From assembly GCF_009834535.1 (NCBI RefSeq), contig NC_045697.1:77254001-77318000 (forward strand): a DNA stretch of 64,000 nt, read 5' to 3'. The position numbers were made by a program, and so were the translations under genes. This document shows positions 49,350 through 62,585 of this stretch, piece by piece. Numbering within the stretch: position 1 is the first letter of the stretch; the number at the start of each line of letters is the position of its first letter. Below the pieces are notes generated by a model that worked only from the letters and a program-made list of their open reading frames with translations, had not been told where the DNA came from and made no database searches. The stretch comes from Camelus ferus (taxonomy: Eukaryota).

Positions 49350-50202
49350 AAGGCCACTACTAGTAAAAAGTCTACAGTCTTAAAAATATCCCAGAATCCC
49401 CTATAAAGAGCAAGTACTAGGGAATAAATACCAAAGCATAACAGCATATAATGCTCTGATGTGTGTGTTAAACAACTTTTCATTTGTCTCATTAAACCCA
49501 TCTTTTCTCCAATTAGGCAATTTGTCGTGAGTGGCTCATAAAATGGGAATGGCTGTGCTTCTGAATTTTGCTCATGTCACCTTCTAGGCACATTACATTA
49601 ATACCTAGATATCCCAGTTTTGCTTCCTAAGAGGTCCCAGCAGATGGTTCCAACTTTAAAAGAGAAACAGACAGGGAAACCTTGTCCTTGTAACTACTGT
49701 CATTAACAGAAGGGTGACTTATTCACGGGCTATGGAAAAACAGTCTATTATGTGTTAATTAAAACAGAGTAAAAATAAAGTCACATCCTTCCAGGAATAA
49801 ACGTATATTTTAAATTTTACAGTAAACAAACATACTTATAAGTGAAGATTTCCCCGTATTTCCAGATAAGATAATGTTGAACATACCTTATAATAAATTT
49901 TACATTTGACCTTATTTTTTGGTAAATATAGTTGTGAAAACTGAGTTACAGACTCCTTCTTTTAAAAAATTCTCCCCTTAACATGCACCCTTTTCTCAGA
50001 TTGGTAAAGACAATTTGGCACACCAAGGCAGCAACATCCAAGAAGACAATCTCCATTTGTTTCTTTAGTTTGAAGCTTTAGTGTCAAGGTCTTAAAATAA
50101 TCCCTTCACAAAAATAAGGCAGCTTTATGCTGTAAAAACAGTTCTTGTCAAAAGTTATGTTCTTCTGTCCTCATCTGCTGTCACCACCTGTCAGCATCTT
50201 CT

Positions 50203-50321
50203 TTAAAGATCAGTCTTTTCTTCGTAGCGACACCTACATGCGGCTCGTTGGCTGTCCAGGTACGGCTTACAGCCCAAATGTATAACACTGTCAAACAAGA
50301 GCTCCACTGTGGTTTCACACG
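50203..50321 (-). CDS. PLA2G12A: PLA2G12A exon 4 coding part, ACETTVELLFDSVIHLGCKPYLDSQRAACRCRYEEKTDL*
   Basis: Acceptor ccttgcag|, stop TAA at 50205-50203. Confidence 0.96.
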
Positions 50322-51765
50322 CTGCAAGGTAAGAGAGTGACATCACTGCCGGGCAACTGCAGAGCATCACTCTCTCTCACACATACCACATGTTTCAGCA
50401 GAGTCTCAAGCACAGCCTTGGTGGGCACTTAAATCTATCTTAGGTGGAAGTCTTCCCAAACCTTCACAAACTAGTAGCCTATATACACAAAGCCTTTCAG
50501 CTTCAGCCTCTCTACCTGTCCCTACCTTTTGTTTGCATGCAACTGGTTAACCCAACTTTTCGTACTAGACAAATGAGTCTCAAAAGTATTGATCAGTTCA
50601 TCATGGTTAATTTTCCTTTTATCTGAAAATTATCACCAATAGAGATGCCTGACAGCACTCTTAAGTTTGCATTTTAAGGAATGATTTTTAGGTGCAGAAG
50701 AAATAACGGTTAAAAACAGAAAAACCTCAAAATATTAAGGCCAATTTTTTATTTGTGCTTTTATTTTAAACACATCATTTAAGATGCTTAAAGTAAATGA
50801 ACCCCGGTCTCTTTCTTTGATCAATATCCAAATTTAGCTTTGGAGGGGAGACAAAGGAATCAAAGGTGTTTTTCTTCTGGTAGGGTTTTTTAAAATTTTT
50901 TGAAAGGCTATAAAAAAGATAACAGATTATTTTTCTAACTCTAAGAGACCTGGAATACCCAGGTAAGATTATCTTAATATGTTATACTTAGAGACATAGC
51001 GTAGAGTGGCTTTTAGACATCCAAATACTTACTATAGTTTCTAATATTCATGTTAAAAAAGAAACTTTTCATTACAAAAGCTTGGCATTTTCAAAGGTTT
51101 CCAAAAGACTGTGCCATTAAGGAATACAGTCAACCACAGAAGTGCAGAGGTTATGATTATTAAACAGGAGACTGAAGGAAACTGGTTTCACCATTTGGCA
51201 ACACTAGTATGTCCTTAGAGAGGAAATCCATCTATCTATGCTTCAGCCAAGCATTCAAAGGGATTCAGAGGCTGTGAGTTCAAGCCTCATCTGGAGCAGA
51301 GATTTCTTTCTTGTTATTACTTCCTAGTTATTACTAGGACTTCAGAATAAAACCTATGAGACTATTTGAGGAAGTAGATAGAATGCAAGTTTTAGAGTCA
51401 AAAGAGTGTAATTTGGGACAAGTTACTTCTTTCTGAACCTCAGTTTCCTTCCTTGAAAAATGGGTATAATGCCAACTACTACTATTAGGGTATTTTGTGA
51501 AGATCCATGAAAACAAGTCTCAAGCATCTAGCACAGTATCTTATTGGAAGTGCTTAAAAATGGTAGTTTCCTTTCCTACCCCTTTCTCATTGCCCTTCCT
51601 CTTCCAATTTCAGTTCATTGTTTGGTTTGTTAGTAAAGAAATCTTGTTAACAACTAGTATTTGTACAGCAGTTAATATTTCGACAAATATTTCACTTTAC
51701 CCTTATGACAGCTCTATGAGACGGGTATTATCGTTCTCATTTTGTAAATGAGGACACTGAGACAT

Positions 51766-51905
51766 GTTTTCCCTTTGCTGACTTGGCTCTGTACCCCTTC
51801 ACTGCCACAATCATCACGGTGAGTATGACTACATGCTGAGTCCTGCGAGTCCTCTTAGCAAATCACTGAGCCTGGGGGTAGTTCTGGGGGACCTTCCCGA
51901 CACTG
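51766..51905 (+). mobile_element. MER21-like LTR 3' fragment within MIR-rich sequence
   Basis: gtgagtatgactacatgctgagtcctgcgagtcctcttagcaaatcactgagcctggggg. Confidence 0.65.
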
Positions 51906-52275
51906 ATACATATGAAGAGACAGAGTTAAGACTCAGATCTTCTAGAACTTCCTCCGCCAGATCCAATGTGCTACACTCCAGAACTCACTGGATCCAGAGT
52001 CTCACACTTTAGGCAGGGCATAGATCTTAGATGAATTCTTCCCTGCCTCACACACCCTCCCCCAAGGTTTCCTAACACTTATTTCCATAACTGTAAATCA
52101 TTTTATATGACAAAATCACCGACTCCTCATCTCAGAAAAGTGAAGGGGCTGTGTCACAAGAGATAAGGTAATACACAGAGAAAGATTTCTGTTGGTAAAT
52201 CCTGTACTAGCACAGAAAGCATCCACTGAAATTTTACAAATCGCACTCATCCCCATCCCACCGAATCAGCCTTAC

Positions 52276-52441
52276 CCTGAACATGCTGAGCTAGTCCTAG
52301 TGTTTTCTGCACATCTCGGCAGATCTTGGAGAGGCAAGACTGGAACTCCTCATCACAGTCGTTTTTGCTTTTGCCGCAGGTCTCATAGCACCTGTCGTGT
52401 TGGTTGCAGCACTTCGTCAGGGAAGGGATGCCAATGTTCAG
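52276..52441 (-). CDS. PLA2G12A: PLA2G12A exon 3 (166 nt), LNIGIPSLTKCCNQHDRCYETC...LAQHVQ
   Basis: Acceptor ctttcag|, donor AGG|gtaag. Contains the sPLA2 HD dyad. Confidence 0.97.
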
Positions 52442-53029
52442 CTGAAAGAGGCATTTGGATGGATGATTGTTGATGAAATTCAAACCTTCTCTGAAGTAGT
52501 GAATTCAAAGAGACTTAGAAATCAAAGACAATGATTGTTGTACAGATAATTTTCAAAGTTAGTTTCTGCCTACAAATGTTTTCCAGGTTAAACATCTCTC
52601 CATTACTCTCACCTGCACCCACCCATGTCACTCCATCGTCTCCCTCTTAGCCATGCCTCAAAGCTCCCTATTTTGCAATGTTAGAATATTCAGTCGTTGG
52701 CTGGTAAAGAAACACAGCTTCCAAGTGTCTAAAATATAGTTTTAAAAACAGAAAGATAAAGCTAAGACCTTTAAAAGATTTCTCCAGGGACTAGGCAAGT
52801 ACAATTTTGGGATATTCCTAAGTATTTTATGCCTCCTCCCCCCACAAAATGTACTATATATGAAATGTCACTGATAACTTTTACACTTCTACAACTCAAT
52901 TTTTTTTTGTGGTTTAATCTTTACAAGTTCATCCATTCCATAAAGATACTATTCCTTCGAATCTGTAACTTATCTTTAATTATTTTAAGTAACTTTATAT
53001 GCAAAACCCTTGTGTCTAGGAATCACTTT

Positions 53030-53073
53030 TTTTAACATTTTTTATTGATTTATAATCATTTTACAACATTGTG
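53030..53073 (-). mobile_element. 44-bp L1 tail insertion with 13-bp TSD
   Basis: TSD TAGGAATCACTTT at 53017-53029 and 53074-53086. Confidence 0.8.
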
Positions 53074-53499
53074 TAGGAATCACTTTCATAAAATATTTTT
53101 TTCCCCAAACTACTGGCTCAGATTCAGCCTCCCCCACAACAAACACACAGCTATCCAATTGAACCCAGTTTTAATACAGAAAATATTACACTTTATCTAT
53201 ACATTTTCATCCTAAGTAGTATTAACTTCTATACCCCAAACTTTTCAATCATGTTTGTGACGTGAGGAAATGTCATTTAAGTGGTATTAACAACTACAAT
53301 ATTAAAAAAAATGACTTTTACTCCATTTAGTTTCATTAGAACTCATTAAATGTGTTTTAGCTATGAAAGAATATAATAAGCCTGATAACTATTACAACAA
53401 GCACAATTATTTGTGAGCCTGAGAACACATCGATGTCTTGCATTATCAAGAGTATTACGTACCAATCATAAAATTTATCAAACAGAAAATAATATTTAC

Positions 53500-53576
53500 A
53501 TGAACACCAAATAGTGGGGAGCCACATCCATTTGGCGGGGAAGGTTTATATCCGTAACGTGGGAAAGGCTTAGATC
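53500..53576 (-). CDS. PLA2G12A: PLA2G12A exon 2 (77 nt), SKPFPRYGYKPSPPNGCGSPLFGVH
   Basis: Acceptor ttttatag|, donor CAT|gtaaa; translated manually. Confidence 0.95.
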
Positions 53577-55159
53577 CTATAAAAATATAAATGGTATAAT
53601 TAATTTTCAAATATGATAGAAAATACATGCACAAAAAGGTCTACAATGTGCTAGACTAGCCTTGAAAATATTTACTATTTCTATGCTGACAAAAGTAAAT
53701 ATATGGTTATTAGAATAAGCATTAAGAATGCTAATTTGTCTACTAAATCATTTTTACTTCTTCTATAATAAAACATACAAATGTATATACGTATATGGCA
53801 GTTCCTAAAATGCTATGGTGGTTCATAAAATGTCATTATATCCGTAAGCCTACACCATACAAACATATAAAAGCTTACTCTGGACTTCTGTTGATTTCAG
53901 AGTTTACATGCCAAACTGGGTCCACAGTATGAAAGATAAATCTACCCTATTTTCCTGTACATTCTAACACTTACATTTTTAGATTAAAACCTATAGGGCA
54001 AGAACTGTATCTTCCTAATCTCACAATGTTCCACTGCACACAAGCCTCAATAACCATTAACTAGAGCCTAAAGCTAAGGAAAACAAAGTCATCTGATCAT
54101 TTAATTACCTTAATACCATTGTAAGACATTACAGGACCACACATTCTACCCAGATCCAACCAACCACTGCACAAACATACTCCTCTGCCAGCCAAGGGAA
54201 AAGGCAAGGAATAAAGATAGCTTGGTAAACTTTATTACTCCAGTTATACTCTCCTTAACAGCACCAATGTTCAAAAACAAGGAGAAAGATGACATTATTA
54301 AAGCAATCTTAAATGCTGGAAGGTATCTCAGAAATCTCTCTCCTCATGTAATATAGAAATCACCTCAATATACCAAACAGTCTGAATTTCCCCACAATCC
54401 TCCTACAGTGTTAAGAAATAGCCTGTTCCATTATGGAATGGCACTAACCGTTTAAGTTCTTCTCTTTTTCTTGTAAATTCTACCTGTAAGTAATCCTCTG
54501 CACCCCTGGGGAATACAGAACAAGCCAATTCTTTATTTTACATGATGATCCTTTCAAACGTCTGGGACTACCATCTATCTTTACTTCTACCAATAGAATA
54601 TCCCCAATTATTCCAAATATCACCCGGAGTCGGATCCTTAGGAGAGACACAAAGTATTCTACCAGCTTTCATTCAATTAGCATTACTAGGAAACATAAAG
54701 GTAAGTTTACCCTCCAACCATAAAATGAGGAGAAAAAAAGCAACCCTTCCAGAAATCAGCCATCAAAATAAGTAACCCACTCAAAGTAATGACCTAAAAA
54801 TGATTTAAGTTGCTAAGACTCACATGCTCAACTGAGGTGACCCAGTAGAGCCTCAAGAGAGCACAACCCCATGGAGACACAAAGCTATAACCTGCTCTAC
54901 CCAGTCTGAAGAACGACTGTACAAAAGGGAATGGTTATGACGGATCTAGAAAAGAGGTGCCAATGACAAGTTTCTCTAGCACTGCCCAAAAGGAGGGTTG
55001 TTTCTGGGCCGCTGGAAGATGAAGATCACAGATAAGTCACTGTGATCCTTCAACTCCTGCTTTCAGTCCTTCACTCTTAGGAAAACTCTTCATGAGTTGG
55101 CTTTCCACTTCAAAGGGCTACAGAGAGAGGATAGTCATATAGATATGATATATAGATAC

Positions 55160-56050
55160 TTTAGTATCTAACGGGCATCTCAAACTTAAGATGTCCCTCC
55201 GTTCACCCCCAAAGCTGCTCCATCCACAGTTCCCTCTTCCTAGGCAACAGCAACTCCATCCTTCCAGGTGCTCAGGGAAAAAAACCTCAGCCATCTTTAG
55301 CTCTCCCATTCCCTTATACCCCACATCCAACTCAACAGCATGTCCCGCTGACTCTACCTTCAGAATATTCAGACTCTAACCACTTCTCACCACCTCCAGT
55401 GCTGCCATCCTGCTCTAAGCCTCCACAGATTATTGCCATAACCTAAGCAGTCTCCCTGCTTTGGTTTCCCCACCCAACGCCACCTCCAGTTACAGTCCAA
55501 GCTCAACACTGAACTTGAGTAAGCCTATCAGAATACATGTTGGATCAAATCTTTCCTCTGCAAAAACCCCTCCAATGGCTTCTCATTTTATTCAGAATAA
55601 AAGTCAAAGTCCGTTTAGTGCCTATAAGCCCTATATAATCTGCCCCCAACCCCAGGACTTCTCTGACCTCATCTTACTACTCTGTCTCCTCTTCTTCCTT
55701 CCTCACTCCATTCCATCTGACCTCTCTGCCATTCCACAGACACTACAGGTCTGCTCTTGCCTCAGTGCCACAGAACCTGCTCTTCCTCTAGGTAGACACT
55801 CTTCGTCCTGACATCTACATACTCACTCCTTCATCTTCTAGCAATGCCTTTTCTGACCACATCATTTATAGCACACATGACCTTCTAACATATTACATCC
55901 CAACCTACTTATTTTATTATCTGTCTCTCCATACTAAAATATAAATTCTTTAAGGGCAGTAATTTTTGTCTGTTTTGTACCCCCAATGCATAGGACAGTG
56001 TCTGGCATATGGTTAGGTTTTCAATAAATATTTGCTGCTGAATGAATGAA
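55160..56050 (+). mobile_element. L2 LINE 3' portion
   Basis: ggcatctcaaactta...ccctccaatggcttctcat...cagtgtctggcatatgg...tcaataaatatttgctgctgaatgaatgaa (L2 terminus). Confidence 0.8.
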
Positions 56051-56670
56051 AAGAAAATTGGAAGGCTAATCTCCATGGCAGTTATAATACTCATGATAAA
56101 TAAAGTGGTACTGCTGTTTACCCTTCAGTCTCTTCTGAGTTTGGTGAGCATTTATTAGCTTCCAAAGACTGATCACTTCCAGTCTGTCACATCCAGAACA
56201 TGGCACCCCAAAGTGAACACCATTAGGAACAATGGGCCTACTTTGGTCTGGGTAAAGTACTGGTACTAATACAGCCCAAGATAGTCAGTATATGTTTCAG
56301 CTATGTCTCAGCGCTAAGATACATTAGACAGTAGGAAAAAACCATCAGTCCTTTCTAAAATGAACTTTTTAACATCTACTCAGCACTTCTGCCATTTAGT
56401 TTTTAAGTCTAAATACTAGATTACAAAATTCTATCTCATTAGTTTTAGTTCATCTGTCAGGATTGTTCAACACATTTTAAACCTAGAGGTATTCACCCAG
56501 TGTTACTAGTTATGCCCAGATATTCACAAACTTGAGACATTGATACTAACCAGGACAGAGGTCGGCAACACCCTGCTAAGGATGTCCTCTCTACAAGCAG
56601 CCATAACATCATTAGTCCAAATCTTTGGGTAGACCACTTAGCCAGCTGTGACTTCATCTACATCAAGTTT

Positions 56671-56814
56671 CATTTATTGTTTTTTTTGGGGGGGTGGGAG
56701 TGAAGGGGAAGGTAATTAGGTTTATTTATTTATTTTAATGGCAGTGCTGGGGATTGAACCCAGGACCTTGTGCACGCTAAGCACGTGCTCTACCATCAAG
56801 CTATACTCTCTCCC
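56671..56814 (-). mobile_element. tRNA-Ala-derived SINE with 16-bp TSD (1 mismatch)
   Basis: CATCTA(C/G)ATCAAGTTT at 56655-56670 and 56815-56830. Confidence 0.9.
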
Positions 56815-56864
56815 CATCTAGATCAAGTTTTATCCAGCTTACACTTCTGATGGGAGTATCAAAA

Positions 56865-57221
56865 TGTTACGTAGTTTAGATAGAAGTGAGTACTGGGCAG
56901 GGGGAGAAGAAGAGGAAAGAACAATCCAGAACACAAGGAACCTGAGCTGTTAATCAACCAGAACACAGGGAACTTGAGTTGTCAACCGATCAATCAATCA
57001 CAAAACCAGGATATAAAAACAGGAGGAAGGAGGAAGCAGCACCATTTTTCCTCTCTTGGATTGGCTCACTCCCAACTCTCAGGAGTGTACAATCTTTCAC
57101 TACTTTTTTTACTTCACTAACAAAAATCTTGTTTATATCATGTTTTTTGTCTCTCGTCAAAAATCTTTTTTTCAGGTGACTAAGAACTGCGGCAATTCTT
57201 ATTTTCCTCTTCCCAGTAGCA
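56865..57221 (+). mobile_element. ERV1-type solo LTR (357 bp)
   Basis: TGTTAC...TAGCA termini, 32-bp U3 direct repeat, TATAAAA at about 57012; flanks aaaa/aaga. Confidence 0.75.
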
Positions 57222-58694
57222 AAGAGAAACCGGGCATTTGATCTTCAGTTTTCTTTGCCCTACCACACTAGAAACCTCTTCACTGAAAGGTAGGGAGGCT
57301 GGATCAACATTATATCCTCAGGGAAGCCATTCAAGTTCCTTGAAGCTTCATCACAAAACTCTCTCTTGTCAAGAGTTTTAACAATCAACTGCCTAATACG
57401 TTCAGAAACTCATCTAGCATGAGATATTAAGAAGGTCAAATTTATAATCTGAAAAAAGTACAATAAATATGTCAAAGAGTGCTCAAAAGGTCTGGACACA
57501 GGAAAAGTAGTGTATTTACTGTACATTTTTTTTAGGTTAACAATCAGACTTTTTGCTTTAAACTTAGAAGTATATCACCTTAAAAGGTGTCTGGGGGTTG
57601 AAGCAACACATATTTAAAATGTAACTAACAAACTGTTCACCCTGTTTTGAACTTTTTGGATACCCTGTACCTTCCCCCTGCCAGTCTCCACTGCTGCCAC
57701 CCATCCGTTTTCCAAGAAGATCAAAGATTATCACTCTCAGACAATTCATACAGACATTGAGTTTTAAAGGTATGTGGATTTCTAATCTCCTCTTCTCAAG
57801 TGTCTGCATTTTTTCTTTCTAATAAGAAAGCGATTTCTCTCAATGCTGTATTTCATACATAGTAGCACTTCTATTTCCCTTCCCTCTGTACTTTATACAA
57901 ATCCACGGAGTTTCTTTGATTTCGAGTCTATAAAAACACTTTTGAACATTTTGATGTGTGTAATGATAGTGGTGTGTGTGTGCATGTATTAATATATCTA
58001 TATATTTTCTCATTTTGTGGAAGATAATTATCTTTGAATGAGAATGATATGAAGCAAATGAAGACAGGAAATACAAAACATGCCCACTGCAGGAGAATAA
58101 GGAGGAACAGAGATAGCACAGAGAAAATCAGCTGGCAAAAGCGAAAATGGAGGCACGAGGATGGAAGAAGCACTAGTCTCAAACAGGGCCAGTGCTTATA
58201 GCTGTCCTAAGACAGAAGCTGATAAAATGAAGTAACAAAAAACCAAGATCAACTGTACTTGAAATACTGGGTTAATAACACCATGAAATAAATGCTGGTA
58301 AAACTGGCTCCCTAGTGTAAGTGGCAAAAGGGCCACGTGTTTGTTTTCTGTTTCTTTTGAAGGAACCTACTAATATCAGTTCCCCAGAGGCCTTCCCTGC
58401 TCACTCCATCTAATATAGTGCCCCTTCCCTTCCATATCCAGTCCATACACCCTTGGCTGGTTTTATTCTTCTAACATTTATTAACCAAACTAACATAATT
58501 AGTCAGTTTCTATGAAGACAGGAATTTTGTCTTGCTCACTTAGAAGATGCCTGGCACAAAGCAGGCACCTTCCAGGAACTTACAGGATGAGAAACATTCC
58601 TTGCTGAGATTAAAATATTCTCTACCCATGGGGGAGTTGAGGGAGGAACACAGAAAATGGAGTAGTTTCCTGAAATATTTTAAACTGTTTTAGT

Positions 58695-59435
58695 TGAGCC
58701 ATTATGAAAACAGTATGGAGATTCCTCAAAAAACTAAAAAATAGGCTTACCATATGATCCAACAATCCCACTCCTGGGCATATATCTGGGAAGGAACTCT
58801 AATTCAAAAAGATGTTGCACCCCATGTTCACATCAGCACTAGTTACACTAGCCAAGACATGGAAGCAACCTAAATGTCCATCGACAGATGACTGGATAAA
58901 GAAGTTGTGGTATATTTATACAATGGAATACTGCTCAGTCATAAAAAAGAATAAAACAATGCCATTTGCAGCAACATGGATAGACTCAGAGATCGTCATT
59001 CTAAGTGAAGTAAGCCAGAAATAGAAAGAAAAATACCATATGATATCACTTATATGTGGAATTTAAGAAAAGAAAAAAAGGACACTGAACTCATCTGCAA
59101 AACAAACTCACAGACACAGTGAACAATCTTATGGTTACTGGGGAAAGAGGTGGGAAGGGATAAATTTGGGAGTTTGAGATTTGCAAATGTTAGCCACTAT
59201 ATATAAAAATAGATTTTAAAAAAGGTTTCTTTCCTATAGCACAGGGAACTATACCACTATATACAAAAATAGATTTTAAAAAAGGTTTCTTCTCTATAGC
59301 ACAGGGAACTATATTCAGTATCTTGCAGTAACCTTTAATGAAAAAGAATATATGTATGTACATGCATGACTGGGACATTGTGCTGTACACCAGAAGTTGA
59401 CACATTGTAACTGACTGTATTCCAGTTAAAAAAAA
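58695..59435 (+). mobile_element. L1 3' end with internal 60-bp tandem duplication
   Basis: ORF2 C-terminus [28 protein letters not shown]; poly(A) at about 59428. Confidence 0.9.
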
Positions 59436-59672
59436 GATAGGTTCTCTAAAGTAAATAAATAAATAAAAAGAATAAAATAATGTGTTTCAAATTCACCTGT
59501 ATTTTAATTATTTCTGAACAAGTTAAATAGAAAGTTTTTTGTTAAAGATTAAGTTGATATGGATACAAGATTACAAATGTATTAATATCATTTTAAATGT
59601 CATTGTAAATGGTGTTATAAGCTGCAGAACATTGAAAAATTAGCACTTCTATTGGTGCAAGTTTTTACAAAG

Positions 59673-60033
59673 TGCTATGAATTGAACCATGTCCCCCCAA
59701 AATTCATACACTGAAGCCCTAAGTCTCGATGTATTTGGTGATGGGGCCAGTAATTAGGCTTAGGTGAGGTCACAAGGGTAGGGCCCTCATGATGGGATCA
59801 GTACCTTTATAAGAAGAGGTACCAGAGAACTTGTTCTCCCCGAATTCCCCTCCCCTCACCATGTAAGAAGACAGCTGTCTGCAGGCCAGGAAGAGAGCCC
59901 TCCCTATAGGAAAGTGTTGGTCAAACCTTGATCTTGGGCTTTCCAGCCTTCAGAACTGTAAGAAATAAATTCTTGTTGTTTAAATCACCTAGTCTATGGT
60001 ATTTTGTTATAGCAGCCTGAGCAGACTAATACA
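59673..60033 (+). mobile_element. MLT1A-like MaLR solo LTR
   Basis: tgctatgaattgaaccatgtccccccaaaattcata...ctatggtattttgttatagcagcctgagcagactaataca. Confidence 0.8.
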
Positions 60034-60599
60034 CAAGCAAGCAAAAACTCAATAATAGAAGAAACATCAGAGTCAAACCCAAAATCCATGTGTCCGGGCC
60101 ACTGTCTCCTAAAATTTGTAAACAGATATACAGAAAGCTAAGAAAAAAATGAGATTGGGAAAAAGAATTTTAAAAACAAACCAAATCCACTATGCATGAC
60201 TACATGGAAATATTACTGATTTCACTTTTTGATTTAAGCAACTGCTCTTCTCTTGATGCTTTATGTGTTATTATCTGTATGGGCAGTCAAAATCTAAAGA
60301 GTCACCTGGACTGAGACAATGACAGCTCTTTTCTACATATCTGTCTTAATTTGATGTAAATACTTCCAAACAGCAATTTCTTTCACCTGAAAGACACTGA
60401 AACAGATGAGAAGCAAAAGGGGAAGGCTGCTGAGTCACAGAAAGGTCTTAGCACTGAGTTCTGTAGGAGACGCAGTATAGAATTCCAACCTGCTTTCCCA
60501 TGAGGCTTTAAATTCCTGATTATTGATCGCCAAAGGGCCCTTATGCTACTTCGTTTTTTTGTTTTTTTTGTTTTTTTTTTTTAGTACATTCACGTTCCC

Positions 60600-62585
60600 A
60601 TTTTCCTCCAGTCTTCAACTTCTGTCTTCCCTCTCAGGTGATAACCTTGATTCCTACTTTACTGAGAAAACCACGGCAATCAGAAGAGAACTTGAACATT
60701 ACCCACCTAATGGCCTCTGTGCCCATATCCTCTACCTTTGTTCCTCTTAACAGGGATATGTTATCTGTGCTCTTGGCCAACCTCTCTATTTATTACTGGA
60801 ACTTACCTAAGGACACTCCTCTCACTTACCTAAGGATATAACTAAAATAATTCTCCTTCCTTTCTCCCTCATCAGTGTTTTTACTATCCACTGAATCATT
60901 TTCAAAAGCATACAAATATGCTATTACTTTTCCTAACAAGTCAAAAGCCTGTTTTTTCCATGATCTCCCCCATTTCAGTTAATGGCAGCTCCATCCTTCC
61001 AATTATTTAGGTTAAAAACTTTGGAATCATTTTTTACTCTAATCACACCCTCCTTCTAAGCCATCAGCAAATCCTTTAGGCTCTTCCTCCTAAATATATC
61101 CCAAATCCAAACACTTCTCACCACTTTTATCGCTACCAACTTGGACAAAACCACCACCATTTTTTGTGTGAATTCCTGCACCTGTCACTCTCCCTCCATT
61201 CTTGCTCCCCCACCTCCCATGACTCTTTTTATTCTCAGCACAGCAGCCAAAGGGATCCTGTTAAGACTTCCATCATTGAATGAATTGACTTCTTCTTAAT
61301 TCCAAAAACATTTTACAAGTCAATTTTGTCTTCTATTTTTCAAAAGAAATCAGAAAGTTTTCTTCCTCAAACTTTCTCTGTCAGGGAGAAAAAAGCTAAG
61401 AAGAAAGTAGTGACCATCAAATTTGTTCCCCTAAATAACTTTATGTCACTCTCAATAAAGCCTTGTTCCTGCCCTAGGGAGGATGGTCAGAGAGAGCAAG
61501 TCTCCATAATGCTGATCCCTCGATAGAGCAAAGATAACTGAATGCAACATGTCTGTGTCCTTTAATCCAACACCTCTCTTTACCATTAAGTCTTTTTTTC
61601 TTTTTTAAGACTCCTTTGACCTCTTTACTGCAACTATTAAACACCCTTTAATCACTATGCTCCTCTAGTTTGGGGATTTGTCTGTTTCTGTTTGGTTCTG
61701 ATTTGGTCACTTACATTTCAAAATCTAGGAAAGGCTGAAACAGTGTTCCAGGGACACTTCTCAAGCAATGGTAATTAAAGAACAATTTTCTGTATGTTGG
61801 AATGATCAACCATGGTGACTTAAACCACAGTCCTATGAGCAGACAGTACGTACTAAGCCACAGCAACATTTTCACCGAAGCACATCATCTCCTAAATTCT
61901 CAAGTTCATTTGTGTTTTATGCTGGAGACCTTGCTCAAAACTCCAAACAGTAAATTTAGTAAGGCTTGTGGAAGAGAAGAGGATTAAGCAAAAGGAAAGA
62001 TTAAAATGGCCTTTCTAACAAAAATAGTATCCATTCATTTAGAGATAATTCAGAGATATGTTAAATCTAAATAAACTCTAGAACCCTTAGCTCATAATGA
62101 ATTTATTATCCAAGTCTTTCCTGTCTTGGTAAATGGCAACTACATTCTTCTTTTGGCTCAGGCCAAACCCTTCAGAGTCATCCTCAACTGGCCTTTCTCC
62201 TCGGGACCTTTACACTCACCGTTCCCTCGGCCTGGACTGTTCTTCCCCTAGATCATCACAGTATCACCTTCACCATTTCAGATTTCTTCTAAGGTATTAT
62301 CTTATCCATGAGGCCTTCCCTGAACAACCTATTTAAAAGAGTAACCTGCCTCCCAACACTGCCACGGCTGTTTCCCCTGCTTTACTGAGAAGCCACTGGC
62401 ACACTTCAGACCCACACACACTGCAGACGTGGCTAATTTTACTTGTTCTTCAATTTGCTGTCTCTCCCCACCAGAATGTAAGCTCCATGGACAGGAATTT
62501 TGTCTGTTTTGTTCACTGCCAAGTCTCCAGTTGGTAGGAACACCTGACACATAACAGGCACTCAAATATTTGTTTAATGAATGGG
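60600..62585 (+). mobile_element. Fragmented L2 LINE
   Basis: cctactttactgagaaaa...cagcacagcagccaaagggatcctg...gaatgtaagctccatg...caggcactcaaatatttgtttaatgaat. Confidence 0.65.

Noticed and set aside
50203..53576. PLA2G12A as an established pseudogene
   Set aside because: Exons 2-4, the catalytic dyad, cysteines and splice sites are intact; a single indel is not enough without read support.
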